Shown here: piece after piece, positions 40,208-50,007 of the stretch | Position numbering within the stretch: the stretch's first letter is position 1 | Layout of the letters: each line of letters opens with the position of its first letter | NCBI GenBank assembly: GCA_038824665.1 | Contig: JAWBBK010000001.1 | Coordinates: 128,001-192,000 of the forward strand | Direction of reading: 5' to 3' | DNA from: Acidilobaceae archaeon | Lineage (GTDB): Archaea; Thermoproteota; Thermoprotei_A; Sulfolobales; Acidilobaceae | DNA length: 64,000 nt | The notes under the pieces: model-generated | Told to the model about the DNA's origin: nothing | Database searches by the model: none | Seen by the model: only the letters and a program-made list of their open reading frames with translations | Made by a program: the position numbers and the translations under genes

Positions 40208-40528
40208 ATGTCTGCAACGGTAAGTACGGCTTTGGAGAGAGAACTCAAAAACCTCATAAAAAGCGGAAGGTATTATTTAGGTTACAAGAAGTCGCTCAAA
40301 GCTTTAGCTAGAGGAGAAGCCAGACTAATCATAGTGGCTAGCGGAGCTCCTCCTGCAATCAGAGAGAAAGCTCTTTATTATGCAAAGCTTTCAGGGACCC
40401 CCGTTATGGTTTATGAAGGAAGAAGCGTTGACTTAGGAGGGACCATAGGAAAGCCGTTTCCTGTTTCAATCATAGCTGTTGTAGATCCAGGGACATCTAG
40501 GATAATTGAGTTAGCGACAAGAGGTTAG
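40208..40528 (+). CDS. rpl30e: 50S ribosomal protein L30e
   Basis: YYAKLS, LGGTIGKPF, DPGTS; conserved position. Confidence 0.95.
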   Translation: MSATVSTALERELKNLIKSGRYYLGYKKSLKALARGEARLIIVASGAPPAIREKALYYAKLSGTPVMVYEGRSVDLGGTIGKPFPVSIIAVVDPGTSRIIELATRG

Positions 40529-40539
40529 GGGTACCTCTC

Positions 40540-40977
40540 TTGAGCAACGAGGCGGACAAAATCACGGCCACGGAGCTGAGGTTGATCTCTGTTTTTAATG
40601 AACTTACGAAGTGTTCAGCTCTCAGATGCTTTATAGACTCAGAGAGCAACAGGATAATATTCCTTGTAGACAAAAGCGAGTACGGTAGAGCTGTAGGGAA
40701 GAACGGAAGAAACATCAAACTCTTAAGTCAGATTTTCAAAAGACCTGTAGAGATAGTCAAGTATTCCGATAATCTAGAAGAAATGGTTAGCTACCTTTTC
40801 CCAGCAGAAGGCATTGAGGAGGTAAGTCTGGTAGACGGTAGAGACGGTAAAAGCGTTACGATCAAGATCAGAGACGAATACAAGGGCAAAGCTATAGGGA
40901 AGAACGGAAGAAACATCAAAAGGGCTAGACTGCTTCTAAAAGCTCTCTTCAACGTGACTAAGGTCTCGATAAAATGA
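40540..40977 (+). CDS. nusA: Archaeal NusA (two KH domains)
   Basis: Two GKNGRNIK KH loops; conserved position. Confidence 0.93.
   Translation: MSNEADKITATELRLISVFNELTKCSALRCFIDSESNRIIFLVDKSEYGRAVGKNGRNIKLLSQIFKRPVEIVKYSDNLEEMVSYLFPAEGIEEVSLVDGRDGKSVTIKIRDEYKGKAIGKNGRNIKRARLLLKALFNVTKVSIK
40689..40920 (+). repeat. Near-perfect 31-bp direct repeat between the two nusA KH motifs
   Basis: AGCT(G/A)TAGGGAAGAACGGAAGAAACATCAAA at 40689-40719 and 40890-40920. Confidence 0.85.
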
Positions 40978-41021
40978 GGAGAAGTTAAAGGCTTTCGCGC
41001 TTAAACAGCGAGGGAGCACAC

Positions 41022-41465
41022 ATGGCCGGCAAGAAGTCCCCTCTAGGTCTCTATGCCGCTAGAAAGCTGAGAAGAAAGAGACTCAAGTTTAGATGGAGTC
41101 AGAGAGACTTCAGAGTGCGCATGTTAAAATTAAAAGAGAAGTACGACCCTCTTGAAGGAGCTCCAATGGCTAGAGGCATAGTGCTAGAGAAGGTAGGAAT
41201 AGAGTCAAGACAACCTAACTCTGCTCTTAGAAAGTGTGTGAGGGTTCAGTTAGCTAAAAACAAAAAAGTGGTTACAGCGTTCGTCCCTTACGACGGAGGG
41301 GTGCTCTACATAGATGAGCACGACGAAGTGATAATTGAGGGAATCGGTGGTAGCAGAGGCAGATCTATGGGAGACCTGCCTGGCGTTAGATATAAAGTCG
41401 TCATGGTCAACGGGGTCTCACTGAAGGCTCTTTGGTTGGGAAAGAGGCAAAAGCCTAAGAGATGA
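41022..41465 (+). CDS. rps12: 30S ribosomal protein S12
   Basis: [25 protein letters not shown]. Confidence 0.97.
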   Translation: MAGKKSPLGLYAARKLRRKRLKFRWSQRDFRVRMLKLKEKYDPLEGAPMARGIVLEKVGIESRQPNSALRKCVRVQLAKNKKVVTAFVPYDGGVLYIDEHDEVIIEGIGGSRGRSMGDLPGVRYKVVMVNGVSLKALWLGKRQKPKR

Positions 41466-41466
41466 T

Positions 41467-42093
41467 TTAATGGAAGAGAGTTCTAATCTTTCTTTTATTT
41501 GAAGCTATTATTATCGTTATCGTGACGGCTGAGACCAATACCAGCGCTATAATCGCCAGGTTGATCAGGTCTTTCCTATATAGCTCTCTTTGCTCAGAAG
41601 TCGTCTCTAAGCATTCTTTCCAAGTCTTTGGATCGAACTCGTTGAAGTGATCCCATATTGTAGCGTAGCGTAAGAGCACTAGATGATAGTTTACGTTGAG
41701 AATGCATGTGTCATTGACTTTAAAGTAGACTATTGCAACAAGTCGTCCGTATTTGTCTCTAAGCTCTATATCATCTACATCTAGATACACTATAGTCCCT
41801 TTACTCAGAAGTCTCTCTAAATACAGCTTAGCGCTTTCTCCTTGAGGTGTTTTCAGCTCTGGTGCGTTTATGTCGGCTAGTCTAACTCTTTCGATAGACC
41901 CCGGAGAAATTTTAGAGGTTCTACTTTCTACTATAGTGACCACTATAGTATCCCCATCGATCACCCTCTCTACTACAGCTATCGCATCGAAGTCTGCCTC
42001 AACAAAAGCTGTAGAGTAAAGGAAAACTAGGAGGAGAGCTAAGAGACACAGAAGCCTTTCGAGATTTTTCAAGTCAGGTCCCCGCAAGCACAA
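41467..42093 (-). CDS. Membrane-anchored thermonuclease (SNase family)
   Basis: RVIDGDT, RVRLADINAPE, DKYGRLVA; N-terminal signal and C-terminal TM. Confidence 0.88.
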   Translation of the reverse strand: MCLRGPDLKNLERLLCLLALLLVFLYSTAFVEADFDAIAVVERVIDGDTIVVTIVESRTSKISPGSIERVRLADINAPELKTPQGESAKLYLERLLSKGTIVYLDVDDIELRDKYGRLVAIVYFKVNDTCILNVNYHLVLLRYATIWDHFNEFDPKTWKECLETTSEQRELYRKDLINLAIIALVLVSAVTITIIIASNKRKIRTLFH

Positions 42094-42833
42094 AGAAATT
42101 CGTGAGCTACTCTATGGAGTTCCTCCATTCCTAGTCCTATCTTCGCTGACACATGAGGTACTTTAATACTTTTCACATACTTGACTACAACATCCAGTAG
42201 CTCTGATAAGAATTCTCCATATATAACTCTGCCTTCTTTCAAATACTCGGCTAGAGCTTCTGAGTCTCTTCTGAGGTCACCCGTGAACTTTAAGACGGGA
42301 TTCAGATCGATTTTATTAACTACGGGAACGACCTCACATCCCAGTTTTCCACGAAGAGAAGCACCTAGAATGACTGCGAAAGCGTAGTCTTCAGGTCTTA
42401 ATATTGTGGTAGCGTCTATAACGAAGAGAACGAGTACTCGCTCTCTAGAGACCTCTCTCAAAGCGTTCACTAAGTCGAGACCGAAGCCTGAGAGCAGAAA
42501 GAGGTCCATCTGACCAGGCGTATCGACTAACATATAGTCTCTAGAGATTTTCATCATAGACTTTACGTGTTTCTCAAGGTCTTCTTTCACGATCTCGAGA
42601 GCTTTCATTAGAGCTCCGTTTGGTCCTAGACCTAATTTGATTATGAGGTCTTTTACATTTACGAACTTCCTTATATCGTAGTCAGGCTCGTATGGAACAA
42701 ATTCAGTAGCGGGGTCCATGTTAATTAAAGACACCTCTAGATCTTGTACTTCTCGAAGCCACTTGCCGTAGGCGGCAGTGAGACTTGACTTACCGGCTCC
42801 CGCTGGACCAACAAACATCACCACCTTGGTCAT
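42069..42833 (-). CDS. GPN-loop GTPase
   Basis: GPAGAGKS, NMDP, LGPNGAL, DTPGQ, NKID. Confidence 0.9.
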   Translation of the reverse strand: MTKVVMFVGPAGAGKSSLTAAYGKWLREVQDLEVSLINMDPATEFVPYEPDYDIRKFVNVKDLIIKLGLGPNGALMKALEIVKEDLEKHVKSMMKISRDYMLVDTPGQMDLFLLSGFGLDLVNALREVSRERVLVLFVIDATTILRPEDYAFAVILGASLRGKLGCEVVPVVNKIDLNPVLKFTGDLRRDSEALAEYLKEGRVIYGEFLSELLDVVVKYVKSIKVPHVSAKIGLGMEELHRVAHEFLCACGDLT

Positions 42834-42883
42834 ATCTCTCCCTCTTTGAAGTTGCGTTTGAGAGAGCTTTAGTTGTTGAGCTG

Positions 42884-44458
42884 TCAGACTGAAATCGAGA
42901 CGTAACTGACTGATCCGTTTTTGAGTGATGCAGAGTCTTCTGAAGACGTTTGCTCATTTCTTTTTCCTATCTCAAAGTCTGTTCGTTTTAAAAGGTCTCT
43001 ATTTAACCACTCCTCGAAGTTATATACCGATATCAAAACCGGCGGTCTATCTCCTATCTTCAAAAACGCATGTCCGACCGGCAGTCTGAGAAGGTCCTCT
43101 GGACTAGGTATTCCTAGTCGGTGAACGAACTCTGTATAGTTTTTAGTAAAGCCTCCGAAGACTATTGCGGTTCTTGTGTTGTCTAAAACAATTGGAGGTA
43201 CGTCGGTTGGCGATTGAGTAGCATAGATCAGGTGTAGCTTTTTGCTTCTTCCCTCTCTAGCGGCTAGAGTCAAATGAAAAGCCACGTTAGTGGAGATCCT
43301 CCAAGCTTCATCTATAACGACAACTACTCTTCCTGCTAGTCCTCTCTCCTCAGCTTCAACTATGAGGCTTGAAAGCGCTAACGCTACCGCTACGTTTCTC
43401 TCACTGCTTTCAAGCTCTGAGAGGTCGTAAACTACAAGTCCGCGCTCTAGGAGAGACCCTTGACATGTATAGATTTCTACGCTCTTAGTCCAAGAGGTCT
43501 CTCTGCTTGAGTCTAATAACTTCAGAGCGAGATCCCTTGTTGAAGGGAATGGAATACAGCTACTCTTTCTGACCTTATTTACTCTGGTCGCTACTCTCAG
43601 CAAAAGCCTCGTGAGGTCGCCTTTAGGGTCTAGGACTAAAACCATATGGGGATCGAGCGAGAGGTCAGACATTATTCCTAGCTGAGCCGCTATGCCGGCT
43701 AGTAGCACGCTCTTGCCTCTTCCGGTTGGTCCAAAAACTCCAACATGAGCTTCGAAATCTCCAGGCCAGGAGAGCGTCACTACGCTATGTTCTCCTGCTC
43801 TCCTTCCTAGAACTACTCCTAGCGGCTCATGAAAGTCTGAGGAGGAGATCATGATTGGCTTTAGCTTCAACGAGTCTTCTATAGATGGAGGTCTCAGAAG
43901 ATCTACAAAACTTCTAACCTCGACCTCTCTGAAAGAGACGCCTGTCTCTGCTTCTAGCAGAGCTCTAAAAGATCCAGCAACCTCTTTTACAGGTTCTCTG
44001 TCAGGGACCCAAACTACTACTGCGAGAGATCCAACGAGAGGTCTGTAATCAGTTAACACTCTCTTATAGAGTTCTCTTAAAAACTTCGTCCTTTCTAAGT
44101 ATCTTATATGTTTTGATGATTCATATGCTAACTCAGCTCTCTTCAGCTCATCATCTATGTGACTCAAGAGTCGTCCTTTGTTTATAGTGAATGCTGTCGA
44201 CACTAAAGTCACACTGACTCCCAGCGATCTAGCTATCTCTCCAATCCTTTCTGCGAGGAGCCGATCTCCCTCGAGCACCTTATCGGCTAGAAACGCTACA
44301 CCTTTGTATCTTCTGTTGTCGATCTCTACTTCCATTCTACCTGTCTCTGAAACCTGCAAGGGGTAAAGCACGTCTCGCGAGAAGAGCATGTTCTTAGCGA
44401 TCAAGAATAAAGAGGTCCCAGCTAAAACAACTATAGCTATATCGATCAAGGAAACCAC
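42884..44458 (-). CDS. cedB: CedB, VirB4/HerA-like DNA import ATPase
   Basis: N-terminal TM, GPTGRGKS, LDPKGD, VIDEAW, YATQSP; follows cedA. Confidence 0.8.
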   Translation of the reverse strand: MVSLIDIAIVVLAGTSLFLIAKNMLFSRDVLYPLQVSETGRMEVEIDNRRYKGVAFLADKVLEGDRLLAERIGEIARSLGVSVTLVSTAFTINKGRLLSHIDDELKRAELAYESSKHIRYLERTKFLRELYKRVLTDYRPLVGSLAVVVWVPDREPVKEVAGSFRALLEAETGVSFREVEVRSFVDLLRPPSIEDSLKLKPIMISSSDFHEPLGVVLGRRAGEHSVVTLSWPGDFEAHVGVFGPTGRGKSVLLAGIAAQLGIMSDLSLDPHMVLVLDPKGDLTRLLLRVATRVNKVRKSSCIPFPSTRDLALKLLDSSRETSWTKSVEIYTCQGSLLERGLVVYDLSELESSERNVAVALALSSLIVEAEERGLAGRVVVVIDEAWRISTNVAFHLTLAAREGRSKKLHLIYATQSPTDVPPIVLDNTRTAIVFGGFTKNYTEFVHRLGIPSPEDLLRLPVGHAFLKIGDRPPVLISVYNFEEWLNRDLLKRTDFEIGKRNEQTSSEDSASLKNGSVSYVSISV

Positions 44459-44459
44459 T

Positions 44460-45833
44460 CTACACCACTCTCATACTGAGCTTACCTTTACCTCCAAGGA
44501 GCCTCGTCACCGTAGCTGTAGTTAGGAAGAGAGTAGTTACGTAAAGAGTAGGGACTGTGAGATAGTAAAGCACGAAGGACTTAAAGAGGTTCCAGTCTAT
44601 GAGAACTGCCTGCGAGGCCACATAGTCCAGATAGTCTAATGTAGAGACGCTTGAGAACGTAGGGTTTTCACAATCTTTGATTGAGAGCTGGACTCTAATC
44701 TCTCCAGACTTTAACCCAACGAATCTGATAGCATTGCCTTCTACTCCTCTCCATCGCCATACTCCTTTCTTTATCTCTACATCTCCATAGTGTCTAATCT
44801 CGACGCTACACAACCTGTGATATCTGACATCTATGTAGTCCCCAGCTTCAGCTTTGATCTTCACTTCCCACATACCCTCTTTGTATTCGAGGCTGTGCAA
44901 AGTGGTAGACGAGAATACAGCAACGCCAGGCTCGGCTACGAGGATCAGATGAGGAGCCCTTAGGACAAAGTCTTTGTTCTCCGATTTCACAACGAGAGGC
45001 CATGGAGAGAGTCCGAACTCCGTTCCCACATATTGGAGATAAGCGTAAAGGGTTTTATTGACTGGAAGAGCTACGATCTCGTAGTGGGAAACATAGCTTG
45101 ATCTCGCTATACCGTTTTCTGTGAGTTCGTAAATAGCTACCGCATCTCCCTTCTCGTTTCTTAACACCAGAACTCCGAAGCTGACTGGATGCCCGTAAGC
45201 GCTTGTCACAGAAACTCTAGAGATAGAAAAGGGCTCTAGAGAGATCTGTTGTAGCTTTTCAGACCCTAGTTGAATCAAGAAAACAGGGAGCAGAGGTAAA
45301 CCTATGCTAAACACTAGGACAAAAGAGATCAGCCACGCTCCAGCATCCTTTCCGATCTTTAAGGGTAGCGCGTAGAGAACTAGTCCTAAGCCTATCAAGA
45401 TATGCCCGTAGGATTTGACCAAAGTGGCTATAGCTGCTAGGACTACACAAAGCAATACTGTCAACGTAGCCATTCTAGACAAAGGCGACACCACGACGTT
45501 GATGAGTGGAGACAGCTTAGAGAAAAGAGGAAAGAAGGATATCAAGCTCTCTAAGACTTTAATCGTAGCTGATAGGGATAGAGCTCGAGATAACCATATA
45601 TCGAAGGCACCCCAGGTTCCTCCTAAGTAGTACGCTATCTTTCCTGTTGCGTCGTATATGGCGAACACTGTAAGAGCTAGGAAAAATGCATACACAGCGT
45701 CTACTAAGAGCTCAGGAGCGAGTCTCTTCAACCTAGCTACGGGTACAGGAAGAGCGTAGACGAGAACTCCTAGATAGAACGTTAGCACGGCAAGCTTAAT
45801 GGCTAGGATAACGAAGTCCTCGGTTTCAGACAT
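44460..45833 (-). CDS. cedA: CedA DNA import membrane protein (long form)
   Basis: FYLGVLVYALPVP...K, GAWLISF.LVF.IGLP.LP; multiple TMs; ced context. Confidence 0.78.
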   Translation of the reverse strand: MSETEDFVILAIKLAVLTFYLGVLVYALPVPVARLKRLAPELLVDAVYAFFLALTVFAIYDATGKIAYYLGGTWGAFDIWLSRALSLSATIKVLESLISFFPLFSKLSPLINVVVSPLSRMATLTVLLCVVLAAIATLVKSYGHILIGLGLVLYALPLKIGKDAGAWLISFVLVFSIGLPLLPVFLIQLGSEKLQQISLEPFSISRVSVTSAYGHPVSFGVLVLRNEKGDAVAIYELTENGIARSSYVSHYEIVALPVNKTLYAYLQYVGTEFGLSPWPLVVKSENKDFVLRAPHLILVAEPGVAVFSSTTLHSLEYKEGMWEVKIKAEAGDYIDVRYHRLCSVEIRHYGDVEIKKGVWRWRGVEGNAIRFVGLKSGEIRVQLSIKDCENPTFSSVSTLDYLDYVASQAVLIDWNLFKSFVLYYLTVPTLYVTTLFLTTATVTRLLGGKGKLSMRVV

Positions 45834-45840
45834 ATTTAAA

Positions 45841-46092
45841 CTACCTGATCGAGTTAGCCAAGACTGAGGTCACATACACTATTATCTTGAATACAAGAGA
45901 TCCGCTGGCCAGCCAGAAGGCAGCCCATACAGCGTCTTCTGCTAGACTACCTCCGATCTTCTTGATCTTGGGCAGAGGTACAGGAACCCCTCTAAGAGTC
46001 CAAGCTATGCTCCACGTCAGGAGCAAGAGAGCCCAAGCCAGCGCAGTGATCTTTGTAGTCCACTCGTCGATAACTTGAATTAAAGAGTCCAT
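45841..46092 (-). CDS. cedA1: CedA1 pilin-like subunit
   Basis: AWALLLLTWSIAWTLRGVPVP..K..G...EDAVWAAFWLA, 2 TM; precedes cedA. Confidence 0.82.
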   Translation of the reverse strand: MDSLIQVIDEWTTKITALAWALLLLTWSIAWTLRGVPVPLPKIKKIGGSLAEDAVWAAFWLASGSLVFKIIVYVTSVLANSIR

Positions 46093-46206
46093 TACGACGC
46101 CCTAGGACCAGGAGAAGCTATAAGTTGCAGAGAGTCTCTCAGGTGACACTAGTTTTCGCTAAGCGATACTTTAAGAGCTTCAGGACTGACATAGTCGGAA
46201 AAGGGC

Positions 46207-47115
46207 ATGCTTTTGAAGGTTAGAATTCTAGGAGCGGACAGCATGGGCGTTAGAAGCCTGGCTACTCTCATAGACTGCAACGGTGTTCTCATCGGCATCG
46301 ACCTAGGAGCCTCACTTGCCCCAGTCAGGTTTGGGCTTCCTCCTCACGAGTTAGAATTCAGAAGACTTGAGGAAACCTTAGATCTGATTAGAAGAGCTTT
46401 AGCGGAGTCTCAAATTACGGTGATAACACACTATCACTACGATCATTACATGAGGGACGAAATAGAACTCTACTTCGGAAAGACCCTTATAGTGAAGGAC
46501 CCTCATAGAGACATAAACTTCAGTCAGAGAATTAGAAGTTATAGGTTTCTGAAGAAGAGCGGCTTAATTCATAAAGCTAAGGTCGAGCTAGGAGACGGTA
46601 GAACCTTTTCTATAGAGAAGGACTTGACAATAGAAGTCTCTCCTCCAGTCTGGCATGGAGAGACAGAGAGCGCTGTAGGAAAGGTCTTGATGGTTAAGAT
46701 ACTTTGTAACGATACTGTTGCGATCTTTGCTAGCGACACGCAGGGTCCTGTAGACGACAAGGCTTTAAGGACTTTGTTAGACTGGTCCGAATCAAGGGTT
46801 AAGTTTCTAATAATGGGAGGACCCGCTACATATCTTGAGGGACTTAAGATCAAGAAGAAAGCGTCAGAGAAGGGGCTTGACAACCTCTTTCGCCTAATAG
46901 AGACCGCTAAACCTGAGACCCTCATAGTAGATCATCATCTTCTCAGAGACGAGAATTACAGAACGTATTTAGAGAGACATATACAGGCTGCTAGTCAGCA
47001 TAAAGTAAGGTTAGTGACTGCAGCAGAACATGAGGGCAGACCTATAGAACAGTTAGAGGCAAAGAGGAGGGAGCTTTGGAGAAGGGATATAGAAGACCTG
47101 GATTCATATTCTTAG
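46207..47115 (+). CDS. MBL-fold hydrolase (UPF0282-like)
   Basis: ADSMGVRS, SLAP.RFGLPPH, THYHYDH, SDTQGP, DHHLLRD. Confidence 0.85.
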   Translation: MLLKVRILGADSMGVRSLATLIDCNGVLIGIDLGASLAPVRFGLPPHELEFRRLEETLDLIRRALAESQITVITHYHYDHYMRDEIELYFGKTLIVKDPHRDINFSQRIRSYRFLKKSGLIHKAKVELGDGRTFSIEKDLTIEVSPPVWHGETESAVGKVLMVKILCNDTVAIFASDTQGPVDDKALRTLLDWSESRVKFLIMGGPATYLEGLKIKKKASEKGLDNLFRLIETAKPETLIVDHHLLRDENYRTYLERHIQAASQHKVRLVTAAEHEGRPIEQLEAKRRELWRRDIEDLDSYS

Positions 47116-47783
47116 AGTGTGCGGTCGAGATAGTTCCACCTCAAATCAGAAGCCATCCAAAGGTTTTGAAGAGCGCTAAGAGGTATTCCACTAGCCCAGA
47201 ACTAATGCTCCTCGACAAGAGCATACACTACCAAGCTATGAGGAGCTTAGAAAAGAGGTGGAAGAGAGGAAGGCCCGATATACTGCATGCATGTCTTCTT
47301 GTTTTAAGCGATACTCCACTTCGTTCTCGAGGAACTTTAGGAGTCTACTTCCAGTCTTACGACGGCAGGGTTTTCGAAGTGAACTCTATCACTAGGATTC
47401 CAAAGACTTATGAGAGATTCAAAGGGGTCATAGCTAGCGTCTTGGTCCGGGAGAGAGTCTCCGACGAAGAGGGAAGACCTTTGATATTCAAAATAGCCGA
47501 CAGCTTACAGGAGTTCCTTTTGAAGACCGGTTATGATTTGTTTCTGTTTTGGGAAAGGGGTCAACCTATTGAGGTCGAGGAGTTGGCCGAGTTAGCGATA
47601 GAGACAGGAGCACTAATCGGTATCGGATGTTTTCCTAGAGGAGACTTTGAAGAAGTGACGGTTAGCTTAGCTAAAAAGAAGTTCTCAGTCTTTTGTGGCG
47701 AGAAGCTTACAGCGTGGGGTGTCGCGTTCAGAGCGCTGACAGCTTTAGAGAAAATAACGCTTAAAGACTGTCGGACTCTCTAG
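47076..47783 (+). CDS. nep1: Nep1/Emg1 16S rRNA pseudouridine N1-methyltransferase
   Basis: LLDKSIHY.AM, RGRPDILH, RIPKTYERFKG, IGCFPRGDF. Confidence 0.88.
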   Translation: MEKGYRRPGFIFLECAVEIVPPQIRSHPKVLKSAKRYSTSPELMLLDKSIHYQAMRSLEKRWKRGRPDILHACLLVLSDTPLRSRGTLGVYFQSYDGRVFEVNSITRIPKTYERFKGVIASVLVRERVSDEEGRPLIFKIADSLQEFLLKTGYDLFLFWERGQPIEVEELAELAIETGALIGIGCFPRGDFEEVTVSLAKKKFSVFCGEKLTAWGVAFRALTALEKITLKDCRTL

Positions 47784-47815
47784 AAAGGTAAAGACAAGGA
47801 AAAAGTGGTGCTGTA

Positions 47816-48283
47816 TTGATGGAACGAGGTAAGGAAGACAGGCTGATTAAGGTTTCAGATGTTGTAGTCAGCTGGAAGCAGATTCAAGACCCCTATACGG
47901 GTTATACTGACTACGTTCTTGGACTCGACCTGATACTAGAGGATAAGAGAGTCTTTAGCATGGTCAACATACCTTCGGACGTAGCTGAAGCGATTAGAGT
48001 TATGAAAGGCGAGGCGCAAGCTCCTCGTAGACAGAGCTTTTTCGTTCTCGCCCTCTTTCACGAATCTTTGAAAGAGGCGCTTTCACAACACATAGAAGAT
48101 GTGGTGATAGACGAGCTAGACAGAGCTACAGGACTCTACTCGGCTTCTGTGAGGTTCACTGAGAACGGTGCTGTGCTTACGATAAAAATGATACCTAGTC
48201 ACGCTGTGTTCTTGGCGCTATTATCGAATAAGCCCATATATGTTCTTGAAAAGCTGGTCGAAGACAGCTATGTAGAGCCATAA
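47816..48283 (+). CDS. Bifunctional nuclease (DUF151)-like protein
   Basis: VVIDEL...GLYSA.V, PSHAVFLAL...PIYV. Confidence 0.65.
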   Translation: MMERGKEDRLIKVSDVVVSWKQIQDPYTGYTDYVLGLDLILEDKRVFSMVNIPSDVAEAIRVMKGEAQAPRRQSFFVLALFHESLKEALSQHIEDVVIDELDRATGLYSASVRFTENGAVLTIKMIPSHAVFLALLSNKPIYVLEKLVEDSYVEP

Positions 48284-48927
48284 GTTGTTATGAAGTCTTA
48301 GACCTAGAGGTTGAATTAGTAGCTTTTACTTTCCTATGTTCAGCGCTCTCCTCCTTAATACTTAGAATATCGATTTATCATATCGAATTATCGTAATAGA
48401 AGCTGAGAATTGGGAACATTTCATCAATCGTTATTGGTTATAAGCCATGCTCATAAATATCGAGTTGTTTTTAGCTTTATGTCAAGAGATAGAACTCGCG
48501 TCTTATAGTTGGTAACTGACAGGTTACAGACTTTCACGTTTTAACGTTAGTCTTTAGCTATACGCTTCTCAACTGTTTGTTCTCTTTTCCACTTTATCTG
48601 TGGAAATACACTACTTACCTGTCGCTTGCTGTTCATCTCGTTCCCTTGAGAGAGGCTGGGACACATGTTGTTGACAGACCTTGTTGAGCTTATCCATGTG
48701 GTGAGAGTTCTATCTGTGCACAAGTGTTTGTATGCTTTCTAGGTGTTTAACATCAACGTATCTCTCAATGTTAACGTGTGATTTAAAATAGGAAAAGCTG
48801 TGACGGTTACAAAACATATAAACAACCTGAATGGATTTTAAAGAGAAAGCGATCTAAAACTAAAATTTATGAATCAAGAGCCGATATCAAACCGTGTCAA
48901 CTAATATGAAATCCAAACCTCGAGAGG

Positions 48928-50007
48928 TCAGTTTCTGATCTTCAGACCCAGTAGCTCACAGGCTCTTCTGAACTCTTGAAGGCTTATTGGCAACCAGCTT
49001 GAAATCTCTGAGTAGTCTTCTAAAGTGACATAAGAACCCATTAAGCTTCTTTTCGCTCTGACCTCAAGCTCTTTTAGAAGTCTTCTTCTCATGTCTCTAA
49101 AGCTCATACACGAGATAACAGCCTTATCTACATCACCTCTGAATTCATAGATCGCTTTTAGTAGCACACATAATAGTCTCGAAGGTCTTGTAGGAACTCC
49201 TACGTTAGAGCCTTTCAGTTCTATTCTTCTTAGCTTACCCCAAGGAACTAGAGATTCGAGAAAACTCCTCGATCTGAAGTCGTCTTCATTGTGAGCAACG
49301 GGGAGCACGTATGCATCATAGCTGTAGACTTCTTCGGGAGTTAGAGCTTTCGAGGCAGTCTTGGTTATCACAGCCACTCTATCTATGCCTCGGCTCCAGA
49401 GGAACTCAGCAGAACTCCTAGAGGTCAAGATCACTCTGTTGTGACCCACGCTCTTCTCCAAAGCCTCTAAGAGTTTGGGAATAGAACTGGTTATCACTAA
49501 GTTCTCATCCCAAACGTATCTTCTGATGTACTCAATAGCGGTAGCGATATCTACATCTAGATCTACTCCTTCAAAAAAGAAGTCTCTTAGCTCTAGTGAC
49601 TCTCTTCCCTTTAGGGCTCCTAAGTCTACTATGAAGAAGGGCCTGACCTCTTGCGACGTCAGTTTGGCTAGAGCCTCTCGAGATATGACTATCTTTTCAA
49701 GACATTTATGTCTGCGAACCAGGGCTACATCAGCCTTTACTTGGCCTGGAGGCACTACTATTCGGAACGTCTGCTGACTTAAGCTCTCCGTTCTGAGAAC
49801 CTCGCCTAACACGCTTTCGTAGCATAATACTGCATCGTTTAGAAGGACCTCTAGAGCTACTTTCTGAAATCCATACTTAAACAATACGTTTTGGTTAGAA
49901 ACTAGTCTAACTCCAACATCATGAATTCCTTTAAGCTCGAGGACCTCTAGGAAGACTTCGCGAAGAGTCTTGAAGCTGCTCAATTCTTCCTCTTTATAGG
50001 TACTCAT
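48928..50007 (-). CDS. Divergent archaeal Trm10-like SPOUT protein
   Basis: PFFIVDL, IRRYVWDENL, RRIELKGSNVGVP.R resemble crenarchaeal Trm10; the GGIVD motif is replaced. Confidence 0.55.
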   Translation of the reverse strand: MSTYKEEELSSFKTLREVFLEVLELKGIHDVGVRLVSNQNVLFKYGFQKVALEVLLNDAVLCYESVLGEVLRTESLSQQTFRIVVPPGQVKADVALVRRHKCLEKIVISREALAKLTSQEVRPFFIVDLGALKGRESLELRDFFFEGVDLDVDIATAIEYIRRYVWDENLVITSSIPKLLEALEKSVGHNRVILTSRSSAEFLWSRGIDRVAVITKTASKALTPEEVYSYDAYVLPVAHNEDDFRSRSFLESLVPWGKLRRIELKGSNVGVPTRPSRLLCVLLKAIYEFRGDVDKAVISCMSFRDMRRRLLKELEVRAKRSLMGSYVTLEDYSEISSWLPISLQEFRRACELLGLKIRN

